64,000 bases of DNA from the human T2T-CHM13v2.0 reference genome, Homo sapiens. The notes beneath the pieces are model-generated. The model had not been told where the DNA came from. It was given only the letters and a program-made list of their open reading frames with translations, and ran no database searches. Positions 27,281-40,700 of the stretch are shown piece after piece. Location: the NCBI RefSeq assembly GCF_009914755.1, contig NC_060947.1. One strand, 5' to 3'. Positions within the stretch are counted from its first letter, which is position 1. Each line of letters opens with the position of its first letter. A program made the position numbers and the translations under genes.

Positions 27281-28723
27281 TCATGTGCTTGGCTTATGGC
27301 CCAAATAAGATCCATGCATAAAAATTAAAGGTAAAATTTTTATTTTAAATATGTACTTTGTCAAACTTCTGCAATAATTATAAAAGCCTTAAATTATGAA
27401 TAGAGTAAAGGGAGTTTGTTATTAGTATCAAACTCTCCTAGACACAGTTTTATTTTTATTATGATTTTTCTTTTAACTCATGGTGATCTTTGTGTGTCTT
27501 TTTACATTTTTAAATATACAGGGCCATTGAAGGTTTTCTTTAGGCATTAACTTTTTAATTTTTGTATTATAGTTAGAAAATTTCAGATTCTTTGAAATTT
27601 GAGAAGACATACTTTATGTCAAGTGGGTAACCAAGTTTTAGAAAATTTTCTGGAACGCTTGAAAAGAACGTGTTCTCCAATTATTTCATGTAGTTTTCTA
27701 TATATGTCCATTACAAGGAGCTTATTAAACTATTAAATCTTTTATATTTATATTAGTTTGATCTCTATGCCAGTCATAGACCATTCTCACAGCTGGTGAG
27801 AATATGCTGAATTATCCCAGTATAATGGCGGATTTGTTCATTTCTATTTTCATTCTGTTAATTTTTCTTTTATGTATATTATATATAAATGCCATTTAAT
27901 TAGATGCATATAGATTTAAATTCTTATAGCTATCTGAGAACTTAACAGATTTTCTCAAATGGATGACTGTTTTATCCATAAGGATGACTTTAGCATTAAT
28001 ATTTAATTCATCTGATGTTGATACAGTTAAGCCTCTTTTCCTTGGGTTAACATATATTTGGTCTTTGGTTTTCCATCATCTTCTTTTCAAACCTTTTGTG
28101 TCTTTATCTTTTCATTATAGAGTTTAATCTGTTTGTATCCATTGTGTTTGTGGACTCATTTCTATCATCTTATATTGTACTTTCTGTTAGTATACTTGCT
28201 GTTCATATCACTTTTATTCTGTCTACCTTGTTTGTGTTTGTTTTATTTTAGCTTATTACCATTTTATTTTGTCCTTTATTGGGTCAGAAGTCACATCCTC
28301 TAATTTCATCCTTTTATTGGATATTATAGAAATGTTATAATATATATTTTTTGAAGTGTGTACACAAATAAAGTGAATGAGTAACCTGAGTCTTCTTCAG
28401 AAAAATATAAAGACCACACAAAGTGGGCACATAGCTGTGGAGGGACAAAGGTGATGCTGGGCACACAGACTGACCACACAGAGCTGGGTCTCTTCAACAA
28501 TGTCGTATGTCTACGTGAAGAAGGATGCCAAGGCACACTCTAAGATAATGTGTGTTGGGGGGGAGGAGGCGTGTGTGTGAATGTGTGCGGCACACCTGAT
28601 GCATGCTCAGGAGTGTATGTATATCTGTGCACCATTGTTTTTAATTCAAAAAGTGCATAGCTTTCATTTTCACAGGAAGTTATGATGCCTCATACAGCAA
28701 GTACCTTTGGTACCTTTGGATAG

Positions 28724-29026
<303 letters not shown>

Positions 29027-29902
29027 TAGACATTTTAAGGTAGCATGTCATTTTTGCCATGAATTTGGCAGCTGTCTACATTCTAAAAAGCTAGATTCAA
29101 CTTTGAAACTTCCCCAGTCTAGGAGAGTATAGTGTAAACAGATCAATCACCATAGAAGGGGGATTAAACAGACATATTCTGAGCAGGCAACTGGAACATG
29201 AAACCACTTTAAGTAGCAGAATTGGGCCTGTTGTGTTTAGAGGCACAAAAGGAACTGTGAAATATCTAAAATCCAATAGCTAAGAGAAATTTCACATGGA
29301 GAGACTGAGAAACTTCTGCAATAATTATGAAAGCCTTAAGTTATGAATGCAAAAACACAGTGTTGCAGATGTTTCTGTAGAAATCTACAAAAATGAATCT
29401 ATTGCCCACCGAAACTCAGGACAGTAAGGAAGCAGAAAGTTACGGCAAGACTGGGCTAATTCTAATTCCATTGGCCATGCCCGGCTAAGCATTTCATTAA
29501 TTCTTTACTGAGAAGAGATTTGAATTACAGTTGGCATCAAGAAGTAGTTACATCTCTATTTGCCAAGATCAATCATTCAGCAAAATTTAATAATTGATTC
29601 AGTAATATAGTGTCAGTCATTCCTAAATAATGTTTTCTGTTTGTTTTATACATTTCTGAAGCAAAAGGACAAAACAATTATTTTTAAAAATGAAAGGCCA
29701 GTACCAAAAAGGCAAAGTCAAAATTCTGCAAGTTTTGGTGCTGATCATGGGTTGGCCAGATATACTTTATTGCTTTTGGAAATGGTTCTTGAGTGATTAG
29801 TGTAGGAAATAGTGTAGAAATATTCTGGAAGGGCTTTCTCTGCCTTTGTGTGAAGATTTCCAGTTCCCCGGAGCCACAGAGCCTGATTCATTTGTCTACA
29901 CA

Positions 29903-29957
29903 CAATAATAATAATAATAATAATGATGATTATTATTATTATTCTGAGTTGCTTGAG

Positions 29958-29996
<39 letters not shown>

Positions 29997-30260
29997 CACA
30001 CACACACAAACATATATATATTCTGGTTATTAATCTCTCATTAAATGTATAGTTTGCAATTATTTTCTTCCATTCTTTAGGTTGTCTCTTCATTGAAAGT
30101 TTATTATACCATGCAGAAGCTTTTGAGCTTCATGTTATTCCATTTGTCTGCTTTGCTTTTACTGCCTGTGCTTTGGACATCTTACTCAAAAAGTCTTTGT
30201 CCAGACCAGTGTCCTCAAGCATTTCCCCATAGTTTTCTTCTAGTAGCTTCATAGTTTGTG
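29903..30260 (-). repeat. Compound microsatellites (AAT/TAT/CT/TA/CA) adjoining an L1 ORF2 fragment
   Basis: Simple repeats 29903-30020; minus-strand peptide KRQPKEWKKIIANY is L1 ORF2-like. Confidence 0.75.
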
Positions 30261-31398
30261 GTGATAAACTATGAGCATGCAGTTTTGACTCCATTTGCCA
30301 GTGTTGTGGACTAAAGTTGTGAGGACAGAATGGTTTGTGTTTTCATAAGTTTTCTTATGCAAAGTTGATTTGATGACAGTGGCCTCCTAAGAATGAACTT
30401 TCATCAAAACATTGAGGTCTCCAACCAAACAGACACAAAAGCACTCCTTAATGTGGGAGTCTTCAGTACCATATAAAATGTGCAAATTAGCAACATTTCT
30501 GAGTATTGAGCTCCAAGATTCAACTCTGGAATATTTTATGGTTTTCTTTGTTTTAATACTTAATGGAGGAGACACATTTTTGCTTGTAAACGAATAAACT
30601 CATGTGTCTAATTATGTATTAGGAAAATGAGGTCATTTCCTTCTATGTGGTAATATATTCACATATAGGGGGAAATGCCATAATATATGGGACAATAAGG
30701 TGAATAATACTATACTAACAAATATAATAATATGAATAATATGAAAAAAACATCAAGAGATGGAATTAACTTTAAATACAGGGCAGATATATTTTTATCG
30801 GCTTGCTGGGCTAGCACTTTTCCTTACTTCTCTCCCTGAAGGGTCCCCAATTCTGTTTCTATTCTGTGTGTCTTTTTCCCCCACTTCCGTGGACATGTGT
30901 CCAGTGCCCCTTCCCCCAAAGCCCTTCAACTAGTTATTCTCTAGCAGAACATTTTTCTGCCAGTAAAAATATTTTCTTTCAGGAATTGGCTAAAAGCTGT
31001 TTTCATAAAAACTTCCCTATATGAATCGAGCCTATAATTATCTGGCTCTTTCTTAGGATTTCTGCAGAGCGTATGCACACCTAAAGCGTACCAATTCACA
31101 CTTGGTTCCGGGGTCTATAGTAGAGTCACAGAAACATGACTCCTGTCATGAATGCAAGCTAGGATGTGGTCCCTACAGCAGGGGATGTGTCTCGAATGCC
31201 TCTTCAATCCTTGTACAGTGTCTAATGCAGTACTGCTTCCACAGTGTTGAGCAGCAGTCCTTAAGAGGGTGGGGTTTAGAGTTTGTTCTTTGCAGACCTG
31301 AGTTTTAATCCTGACTCTATAACCTATAAGCAGTATAAGAAAGTTACTCAAACTGTCTGTCTCATTTGTCCAGTGGGGACACTCCTCATTTTACAGGG

Positions 31399-31885
31399 TG
31401 TGATGGTTAATTTCAGGTGTCAACGTGACTGCCTTAAGGAATACGTCAGGAGTTGATAAAGCATTGTTTCTAGGTGAGCCTGTGCAGATACTCCCATGAA
31501 GATTGGTGTGAGCTGCTGGACGGAGTGGGGAAGATGTCTTCAATAGAAACAGGCCCCATCCAATTCTCTGAGCGCCCAGATAGAAGAAACAGGGCAGAGG
31601 AAAGGCACTTTCCTCCCTTTCTCTCCTGGAGCTGAGACTCTTCTTTTCCTGCCCTTGGACATCAGAACTTCAGGCTCTTTTTATACTAAGAGTTATACTA
31701 TCCACTTCCCTGGTTCTGAGGTTTTTGGTTGTGACCTGAGTCACACTCCTGGCATCCCTGGGGCTCCACCTTGCAAACAGTCTGCCCTGAGACTTTTCAG
31801 CCTCTAATTCCCCTAATAAATCCCCTCTCATCTGTCTTTGCTGATAACCTGTTGGTAGCGTCTCTCTAGAGCCCCGATTAATCCA
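31399..31885 (+). mobile_element. MLT2C/D-type ERVL LTR
   Basis: Starts TGTGATGGTTAATTTCAGGTGTCAAC; contains CCTAATAAATCCCCTCTC. Confidence 0.75.
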
Positions 31886-33934
31886 TAGGGGTAATGTGAG
31901 GGAGAAATGAGGTCATGCATGGAGAGCATTTCACACCCTGCCTGACACATGCCCAGGTCCAACAGGCTGCAGCTACAGTTATTCTAGAGCTTAGCATCAA
32001 TGTTCAAAATAGCGGAAGGCCTTCCCTCTGGTACCCAGCCATCGCGTTGAGCTTCTCCTGTCATTTTTCAATTCCAGAGTGTTTTTTGAGAGCAATTCTG
32101 TGTCGTGTGTATCACTGACGTGGGGCCAAAAACAATCGGTATGCGTGGGGATCTGAAGCTGGGAATGACCAATAGGTCAGAAAGTTCTTAGGAGTCAGGA
32201 GCAGAGGAAGCTGCATGGTCAAGGGGAATCGACGTGAGCCTTCCTGCCGTGTGTCCCATTTCCTGCGGTCTAATGAGACAGAGACATATGTATGTATGCA
32301 TCAGCTCATGCTTAGCTCTTTAATATGTACAAGGTGTTTTCAAATTCTCCCACCGTCTTTGACAGCTGAGAATTTCAGATCACCTGTTGTTCATGACTGC
32401 TGTCAAGGGGATCCTCCTTTTAGGGACACAGGAAGATTTGCCTAAAAACGTCAGGAAGCTTTGATATCTATTATTTTATTATAAAAATCAACTACAGCTT
32501 TGCTGCTATATTACTTTGGGTCTTTACTCATTCCACTGTTTATTTTAAGCCTCAGCTTGTGGATAGTTGGAGAAGGAGGGAAAATATGTAACACTGTTAT
32601 TAAATATTTTACTGTGTATGTAACATGTAGAATAAAGCAAGACTTGAAGATGTAGTATTTATGAATGCTCCAACAAATAAAATATTATTTAAATTATTGA
32701 TTTCTAATTAAACGACTTATTGTCCATAATGAATTAAAATAGTTTGTGAAAATAAATTCATTGATACTTTTGCATTTATAATTTGAGAATCATAGTAACT
32801 TTCCAAATCTGAAAATGCCTGAAACACAAGACTGCCAATCATCACAATAAAACATGAAGCCCTAGTGAACGAGCTAGTCAGGATGGGTTCCCAACAAATA
32901 GCAGTTGAAGCTCTTACTGCCATGAAATGATGAAAGAAACACGGTTTAAGTGCCATGGATAATTATTTCAATGCCAAAAGAATCATCACAGACTGTTGTG
33001 ACATGCAGAGCTTGAATGGAAATATGGCATTAAAATAAGGTGCACAAAATTAATTCTTGAATGTAATTTTTAAACACATTGCAAAATTGCTCCCTAATAT
33101 ACACCAAACCCAAAAGTGACCACTGACAAGATGAGTTTATTTCAGTTTTTATGCTGTCATTATGGAAAACACTATAGCAGAAAGTTCACCAATTTCCCTT
33201 TGGAAAGAGATATACAACCACAGCCAATAGGCTTTCCTAAAAGACAGCAGGAGCTTTTCATGCGGACTTGTTTCCCATCCATAACATACAAATATTTATT
33301 GTCCAGGGTCAATACAGCCTTGCAAATAAACAGGCTTTGAGTTATACCAAGCATGCTCATTCTTATATGGTATTTCCATATAAGAAATACAAAAGAAATA
33401 TACCACAAAATGATGGTGTTCAGGACATAGGGCAACGCCCTGTTTCTGTGGTATAGCGTCCTAGGTTTCGTAGGATTCCATAGGAGGCAGCTACAAGTTC
33501 AACTTGCAAAGCTCTGAAATCTCTTCCTAAGCTAATGAAGTGAAGCCCTGACTGCACCAAGGAAAGGATGAAACAGAACCCATTTATTGTTTCTCAAATG
33601 ATGCTACCATCTCTTCAAAGCCACCATTAATTTTAACGTCTTTAAAGCTATAAGAACAATCTATGTAACAAGTGAAAACTGCCTATAAAATTACTGCTTT
33701 ACATCTCAAACCCTTATTATATGGAAATTCATATTTTCAGAATCACATAAAAGTTTAACGTGCTATTCATTATAAGATTAAAGGGCATGAGTTATTCTGC
33801 CTGTGTAATTATTAACAATTGAAAATTAAATCGTGATAATTTTGTACTCTTTTCTTCTTAAAATAATTTCCTTTCTCCTTTTGCCTGAGACCCATGCTTG
33901 AACAATATTAACGTCTTACCCTCTAAAATAAATG

Positions 33935-34300
33935 ATTATATATAATATATAAATATGTTTTATATGTGTATTTATACATAAAATATATTTGTAAATATTT
34001 CTATATATAATCTACGAATTATATAAAAATACATATATTAATATATACATATATAGTAGGTTCTAGTATATCTAGAAAAGACCTGTGTATTTCTAAGATA
34101 TATATATAATCTATATCTATATATTTATATTTATATTATATATAAATATATAATCCATATTTCTATATTTGTATTTATATATTTTATATATAAATGTATA
34201 TAATCTATATAGGTTTGTATATAGTAAATATAGTTGTATATTACATTTTATTTACATATGCTTCTATATATTTGTATACAGTAAATTCTATATATAGAAA
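33935..34300. repeat. AT-rich low-complexity tract
   Basis: Degenerate (TA)n. Confidence 0.85.
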
Positions 34301-34713
34301 GGACCTGTGTATTTCTAACGCATGGAAATATGAAATGTACTTTTTGTCTCCTCAGTTGCGAATATAAAAAGGCTTTTTTCAAGTAGATAGATTTTTCTCT
34401 ACTTTGAATTTTTCTTCTTAAATATATTAGGTTGTAGGGAGGGGACGCTGAAAGGAAAGAGATGGAAACGATTCTTTCATCGGTTTCTATAACCGAAAAG
34501 GTATTTTAACAATGAAACCTAAGTAGGTAGAATCCAGTTCTTGGTACTTGGTGTATGTGCTAGCAAGATTGCATGAAGAAACAAACCGTGTAAGAAGCGG
34601 AGTCATCCTGTGAAGGGGAAATTTGTCTCCAGTGTTCAGCCATGACGCAATCCTTATCCTCCTGTCTGGCTAACTGTGACCTGTCCCTGTGACCTTAACC
34701 CCACGGGACCCCA

Positions 34714-37700
34714 CTTCCCTCCCTCCCCACACACCACCTATTCCTCCCTCCCTCCCTCCCTCCCCACACACCTCCTCTTCCTCCCTCCCTCCCCACACAC
34801 CTCTTCCTCCCTCCCTCCCTCCCCACACACCACCTCTTCCTCCCTCCCTCCCCACACACCTCTTCCTCCCTCCCTCCCTCCCCACACACCTCTTCCTCCC
34901 TCCCTCCCCACACACCACCTCTTCCTCCCTCCCTCCCTCCCCACACACCTCTTCCTCCCTCCCTCCCTCCCCACACACCTCTTCCTCCCTCCCTCCCTCC
35001 CCACACACCTCCTCTTCCTCCCTCCCTCCCTCCCCACACACCACCTCTTCCTCCCTCCCTCCCTCCCCTCACACCACCTCTTCCTCCCTCCCTCCCTCCC
35101 CACACACCACCTCTTCCTCCCTCCCTCCCCACACACCACCTCTTCCTCCCTCCCTCCCTCCCCACACACCACCTCTTCCTCCCTCCCTCCCCACACACCT
35201 CCTCTTCCTCCCTCCCTCCCTCCCCACACACCACCTCTTCCTCCCTCCCTCCCTCCCCACACACCACCTCTTCCTCCCTCCCTCCCTCCCCACACACCTC
35301 TTCCTCCCTCCCTCCCTCCCCACACACCTCCTCTTCCTCCCTCCCTCCCTCCCCACACACCACCTCTTCCTCCCTCCCTCCCTCCCCTCACACCACCTCT
35401 TCCTCCCTCCCTCCCTCCCCACACACCACCTCTTCCTCCCTCCCTCCCCACACACCACCTCTTCCTCCCTCCCTCCCCACACACCACCTCTTCCTCCCTC
35501 CCTCCCTCCCCACACACCACCTCTTCCTCCCTCCCTCCCCACACACCACCTCTTCCTCCCTCCCTCCCCACACACCTCTTCCTCCCTCCCTCCCTCCCCT
35601 CACACCACCTCTTCCTCCCTCCCTCCCTCCCCTCACACCACCTCTTCCTCCCTCCCTCCCTCCCCACACACCTCCTCTTCCTCCCTCCCTCCCCACACAC
35701 CACCTCTTCCTCCCTCCCTCCCTCCCCACACACCACCTCTTCCTCCCTCCCTCCCCACACACCTCTTCCTCCCTCCCTCCCTCCCCACACACCACCTCTT
35801 CCTCCCTCCCTCCCCACACACCACCTCTTCCTCCCTCCCTCCCTCCCCACACACCTCCTCTTCCTCCCTCCCTCCCCACACACCTCTTCCTCCCTCCCTC
35901 CCTCCCCACACACCACCTCTTCCTCCCTCCCTCCCTCCCCACACACCTCTTCCTCCCTCCCTCCCTCCCCACACACCACCTCTTCCTCCCTCCCTCCCTC
36001 CCCTCACACCACCTCTTCCTCCCTCCCTCCCTCCCCACACACCTCCTCTTCCTCCCTCCCTCCCCACACACCTCTTCCTCCCTCCCTCCCTCCCCACACA
36101 CCACCTCTTCCTCCCTCCCTCCCCACACACCACCTCTTCCTCCCTCCCTCCCTCCCCACAACACCCACCTCTTCCTCCCTCCCTCCCTCCCCACACACCA
36201 CCTCTTCCTCCTCCCTCCCTCTCCCACACACCACCTCTTCCTCCCTCCCTCCCTCCCCACACACCTCCTCTTCCTCCCTCCCTCCCCACACACCTCTTCC
36301 TCCCTCCCTCCCTCCCCACACACCACCTCTTCCTCCCTCCCTCCCCACACACCACCTCTTCCTCCCTCCCTCCCCCTCCCCACACACCACCTCTTCCTCC
36401 CTCCCTCCCCACACACCACCTCCTCCCTCCCTCCCCACACACCACCTCTTCCTCCTCCCTCCCTCCCCACACACCACCTCTTCCTCCCTCCCTCCCCACA
36501 CACCACCTCTTCCCCCCTCCCTCCCCACACACCACCTCTTCCCCCCTCCCTCCCCACACACCACCCTCTTCCCCCCTCCCTCCCCACACACCACCTCTTC
36601 CCCCCTCCCTCCCTCCCTCCCCACACACCTCCTCTTCCTCCCTCCCTCCCCACACACCACCTCTTCCTCCCTCCCTCCCCACACACCTCTTCCTCCCTCC
36701 CTCCCCACACACCACCTCTTCCTCCCTCCCTCCCCACACACCACCCTCCTTCCTCCCTCCCTCCCTCCCCACACACCACCTCTTCCTCCCTCCCTCCTCC
36801 CCACACACCACCTCTTCCTCCCTCCCTCCCCACACACACCTCTTCCTCCCTTCCCTCCCCACACACCACCTCTTCCTCCCTCCCTCCCCACACACACCTC
36901 TTCCTCCCTCCCTCCCCACACACCACCTCTTCCTCCCTCCCTCCTCACACACCACCTCTTCCTCCCTCCCTCCCTCCCCACACACCACCTCTTCCTCCCT
37001 CCCTCCCTCCCCACACACCTCTTCCTCCCTCCCTCCCTCCCCACACACCACCTCTTCCTCCCTCCCTCCCTCCCCACACACCTCTTCCTCCCTCCCTCCC
37101 CACACACCACCTCTTCCTCCCTCCCTCCCTCCCCACACACCTCCTCTTCCTCCCTCCCTCCCTCCCCACACACCACCTCTTCCTCCTCCCTCCCCACACA
37201 CTTCTTCCTCCCTCCCTCCCCACACACCTCCTCTTCCTCCCTCCCTCCCCACACACCTCTTCCTCCCTCCCTCCCCACACACCTCCTCTTCCTCCCTCCC
37301 TCCCCACACACCTCTTCCTCCCTCCCTCCCTCCCCACACACCTCCTCTCCCTCCCTCCCTCCCTCCCTCCCCACACACCACCTCTTCCTCCCTCCCTCCC
37401 TCCCCACACACCTCCTCTTCCTCCCTCCCTCCCCACACACCACCTCTTCCTCCTCCCTCCCTCCCCACACACCTCTTCCTCCCTCCCTCCCTCCCCACAC
37501 ACCACCTCTTCCTCCCTCCCTCCCCACACACCTCTTCCTCCCTCCCTCCCCACACACCACCTCTTCCTCCCTCCCTCCCCACACACCTCTTCCTCCCTCC
37601 CTCCCTCCCCACACACCTCCTCTCCCTCCCTCCCTCCCTCCCCACACACCTCCTCTTCCTCCCTCCCTCCCCACACACCTCTTCCTCCCTCCCTCCCTCC

Positions 37701-40700
37701 CCACACACCACCTCTTCCTCCCTCCCTCCCCACACACCTCTTCCTCCCTCCCTCCTCCCCACACACCTCTTCCTCCCTCCCTCCCCACACACCACCTCTT
37801 CCTCCCTCCCTCCCTCCCCACACACCTCTTCCTCCCTCCCTCCCTCCCCACACACCTCTTCCTCCCTCCCTCCCTCCCCACACACCTCCTCTTCCTCCCT
37901 CCCTCCCTCCCCACACACCACCTCTTCCTCCCTCCCTCCCTCCCCTCACACCACCTCTTCCTCCCTCCCTCCCTCCCACACACCACCTCTTCCTCCCTCC
38001 CTCCCCACACACCACCTCTTCCTCCCTCCCTCCTCCCCACACACCACCTCTTCCTCCCTCCCTCCCCACACACCTCCTCTTCCTCCCTCCCTCCCTCCCC
38101 ACACACCACCTCTTCCTCCCTCCCTCCCTCCCCACACACCACCTCTTCCTCCCTCCCTCCCTCCCCACACACCTCTTCCTCCCTCCCTCCCTCCCACACA
38201 CCTCCTCTTCCTCCCTCCCTCCCTCCCCACACACCACCTCTTCCTCCCTCCCTCCCTCCCCTCACACCACCTCTTCCTCCTCCCTCCCTCCCCACACACC
38301 ACCTCTTCCTCCTCCCTCCCCACACACCACCTCTTCCTCCCTCCCTCCCCACACACCACCTCTTCCTCCCTCCCTCCCTCCCCACACACCACCTCTTCCT
38401 CCCTCCCTCCCCACACACCACCTCTTCCTCCCTCCCTCCCCACACACCTCTTCCTCCCTCCCTCCCTCCCCTCACACCACCTCTTCCTCCCTCCCTCCCT
38501 CCCCTCACACCACCTCTTCCTCCCTCCCTCCCTCCCCACACACCTCCTCTTCCTCCCTCCCTCCCCACACACCACCTCTTCCTCCCTCCCTCCCTCCCCA
38601 CACACCACCTCTTCCTCCCTCCCTCCCCACACACCTCTTCCTCCCTCCCTCCCTCCCCACACACCACCTCTTCCTCCCTCCCTCCCCACACACCACCTCT
38701 TCCTCCCTCCCTCCCTCCCCACACACCTCCTCTTCCTCCCTCCCTCCCCACACACCTCTTCCTCCCTCCCTCCCTCCCCACACACCACCTCTTCCTCCCT
38801 CCCTCCCTCCCCACACACCTCTTCCTCCCTCCCTCCCTCCCCACACACCACCTCTTCCTCCCTCCCTCCCTCCCCTCACACCACCTCTTCCTCCCTCCCT
38901 CCCTCCCCACACACCTCCTCTTCCTCCCTCCCTCCCTCCCCACACACCACCTCTTCCTCCCTCCCTCCCCACACACCTCTTCCTCCCTCCCTCCCCACAC
39001 ACCTCCTCTTCCTCCCTCCCTCCCTCCCCACACACCACCTCTTCCCCCCTCCCTCCCCACACACCACCTCTTCCTCCCTCCCTCCCTCCCCACACACCTC
39101 CTCTTCCTCCCTCCCTCCCTCCCCACACACCACCTCTTCCTCCTCCCTCCCCACACACTTCTTCCTCCCTCCCTCCCCACACACCTCCTCTTCCTCCCTC
39201 CCTCCCCACACACCTCTTCCTCCTCCCTCCCCACACACCTCCTCTTCCTCCTCCCTCCCCACACACCTCTTCCTCCCTCCCTCCTCCCCACACACCTCCT
39301 CTCCCTCCCTCCCTCCCTCCCTCCCCACACACCACCTCTTCCTCCCTCCCTCCCTCCCCACACACCTCCTCTTCCTCCTCCCTCCCCACACACCACCTCT
39401 TCCTCCCTCCCTCCCTCCCCACACACCTCTTCCTCCCTCCCTCCCTCCCCACACACCACCTCTTCCTCCTCCCTCCCCACACACCTCTTCCTCCCTCCCT
39501 CCCCACACACCACCTCTTCCTCCCTCCCTCCCACACACCTCTTCCTCCCTCCCTCCCTCCCCACACACCTCCTCTCCCTCCCTCCCTCCCTCCCCACACA
39601 CCTCCTCTTCCTCCCTCCCTCCCCACACACCTCTTCCTCCCTCCCTCCCTCCCCACACACCACCTCTTCCTCCCTCCCTCCCCACACACCTCTTCCTCCC
39701 TCCCTCCCTCCCCACACACCTCTTCCTCCCTCCCTCCCCACACACCACCTCTTCCTCCCTCCCTCCCTCCCCACACACCTCTTCCTCCCTCCCTCCCTCC
39801 CCACACACCTCTTCCTCCCTCCCTCCCTCCCCACACACCTCCTCTTCCTCCCTCCCTCCCTCCCCACACACCACCTCTTCCTCCCTCCCTCCCTCCCCTC
39901 ACACCACCTCTTCCTCCCTCCCTCCCTCCCCACACACCACCTCTTCCTCCCTCCCTCCCCACACACACCTCTTCCTCCCTCCCTCCCTCCCCACACACCA
40001 CCTCTTCCTCCCTCCCTCCCCACACACCTCCTCTTCCTCCCTCCTCCCTCCCCACACACCACCTCTTCCTCCCTCCTCCCTCCCCACACACCACCTCTTC
40101 CTCCTCCCTCCCTCCCCACACACCCTCTTCCTCCCTCCCTCCCTCCCCACACACCTCCTCTTCCTCCCTCCCTCCCTCCCCACACACCACCTCTTCCTCC
40201 CTCCCTCCCTCCCCTCACACCACCTCTTCCTCCCTCCCTCCCTCCCCACACACCACCTCTTCCTCCCTCCCTCCCCACACACCACCTCTTCCTCCCTCCC
40301 TCCCCACACACCACCTCTTCCTCCCTCCCTCCCTCCCCACACACCACCTCTTCCTCCCTCCCTCCCCACACACCTCCTCTTCCTCCCTCCCTCCCTCCCC
40401 ACACACCACCTCTTCCTCCCTCCCTCCCTCCCCACACACCACCTCTTCCTCCCTCCCTCCCTCCCCACACACCTCTTCCTCCCTCCCTCCCTCCCCACAC
40501 ACCTCCTCTTCCTCCCTCCCTCCCTCCCCACACACCACCTCTTCCTCCCTCCCTCCCTCCCCTCACACCACCTCTTCCTCCCTCCCTCCCTCCCCACACA
40601 CCACCTCTTCCTCCCTCCCTCCCCACACACCACCTCTTCCTCCCTCCCTCCCCACACACCACCTCTTCCTCCCTCCCTCCCTCCCCACACACCACCTCTT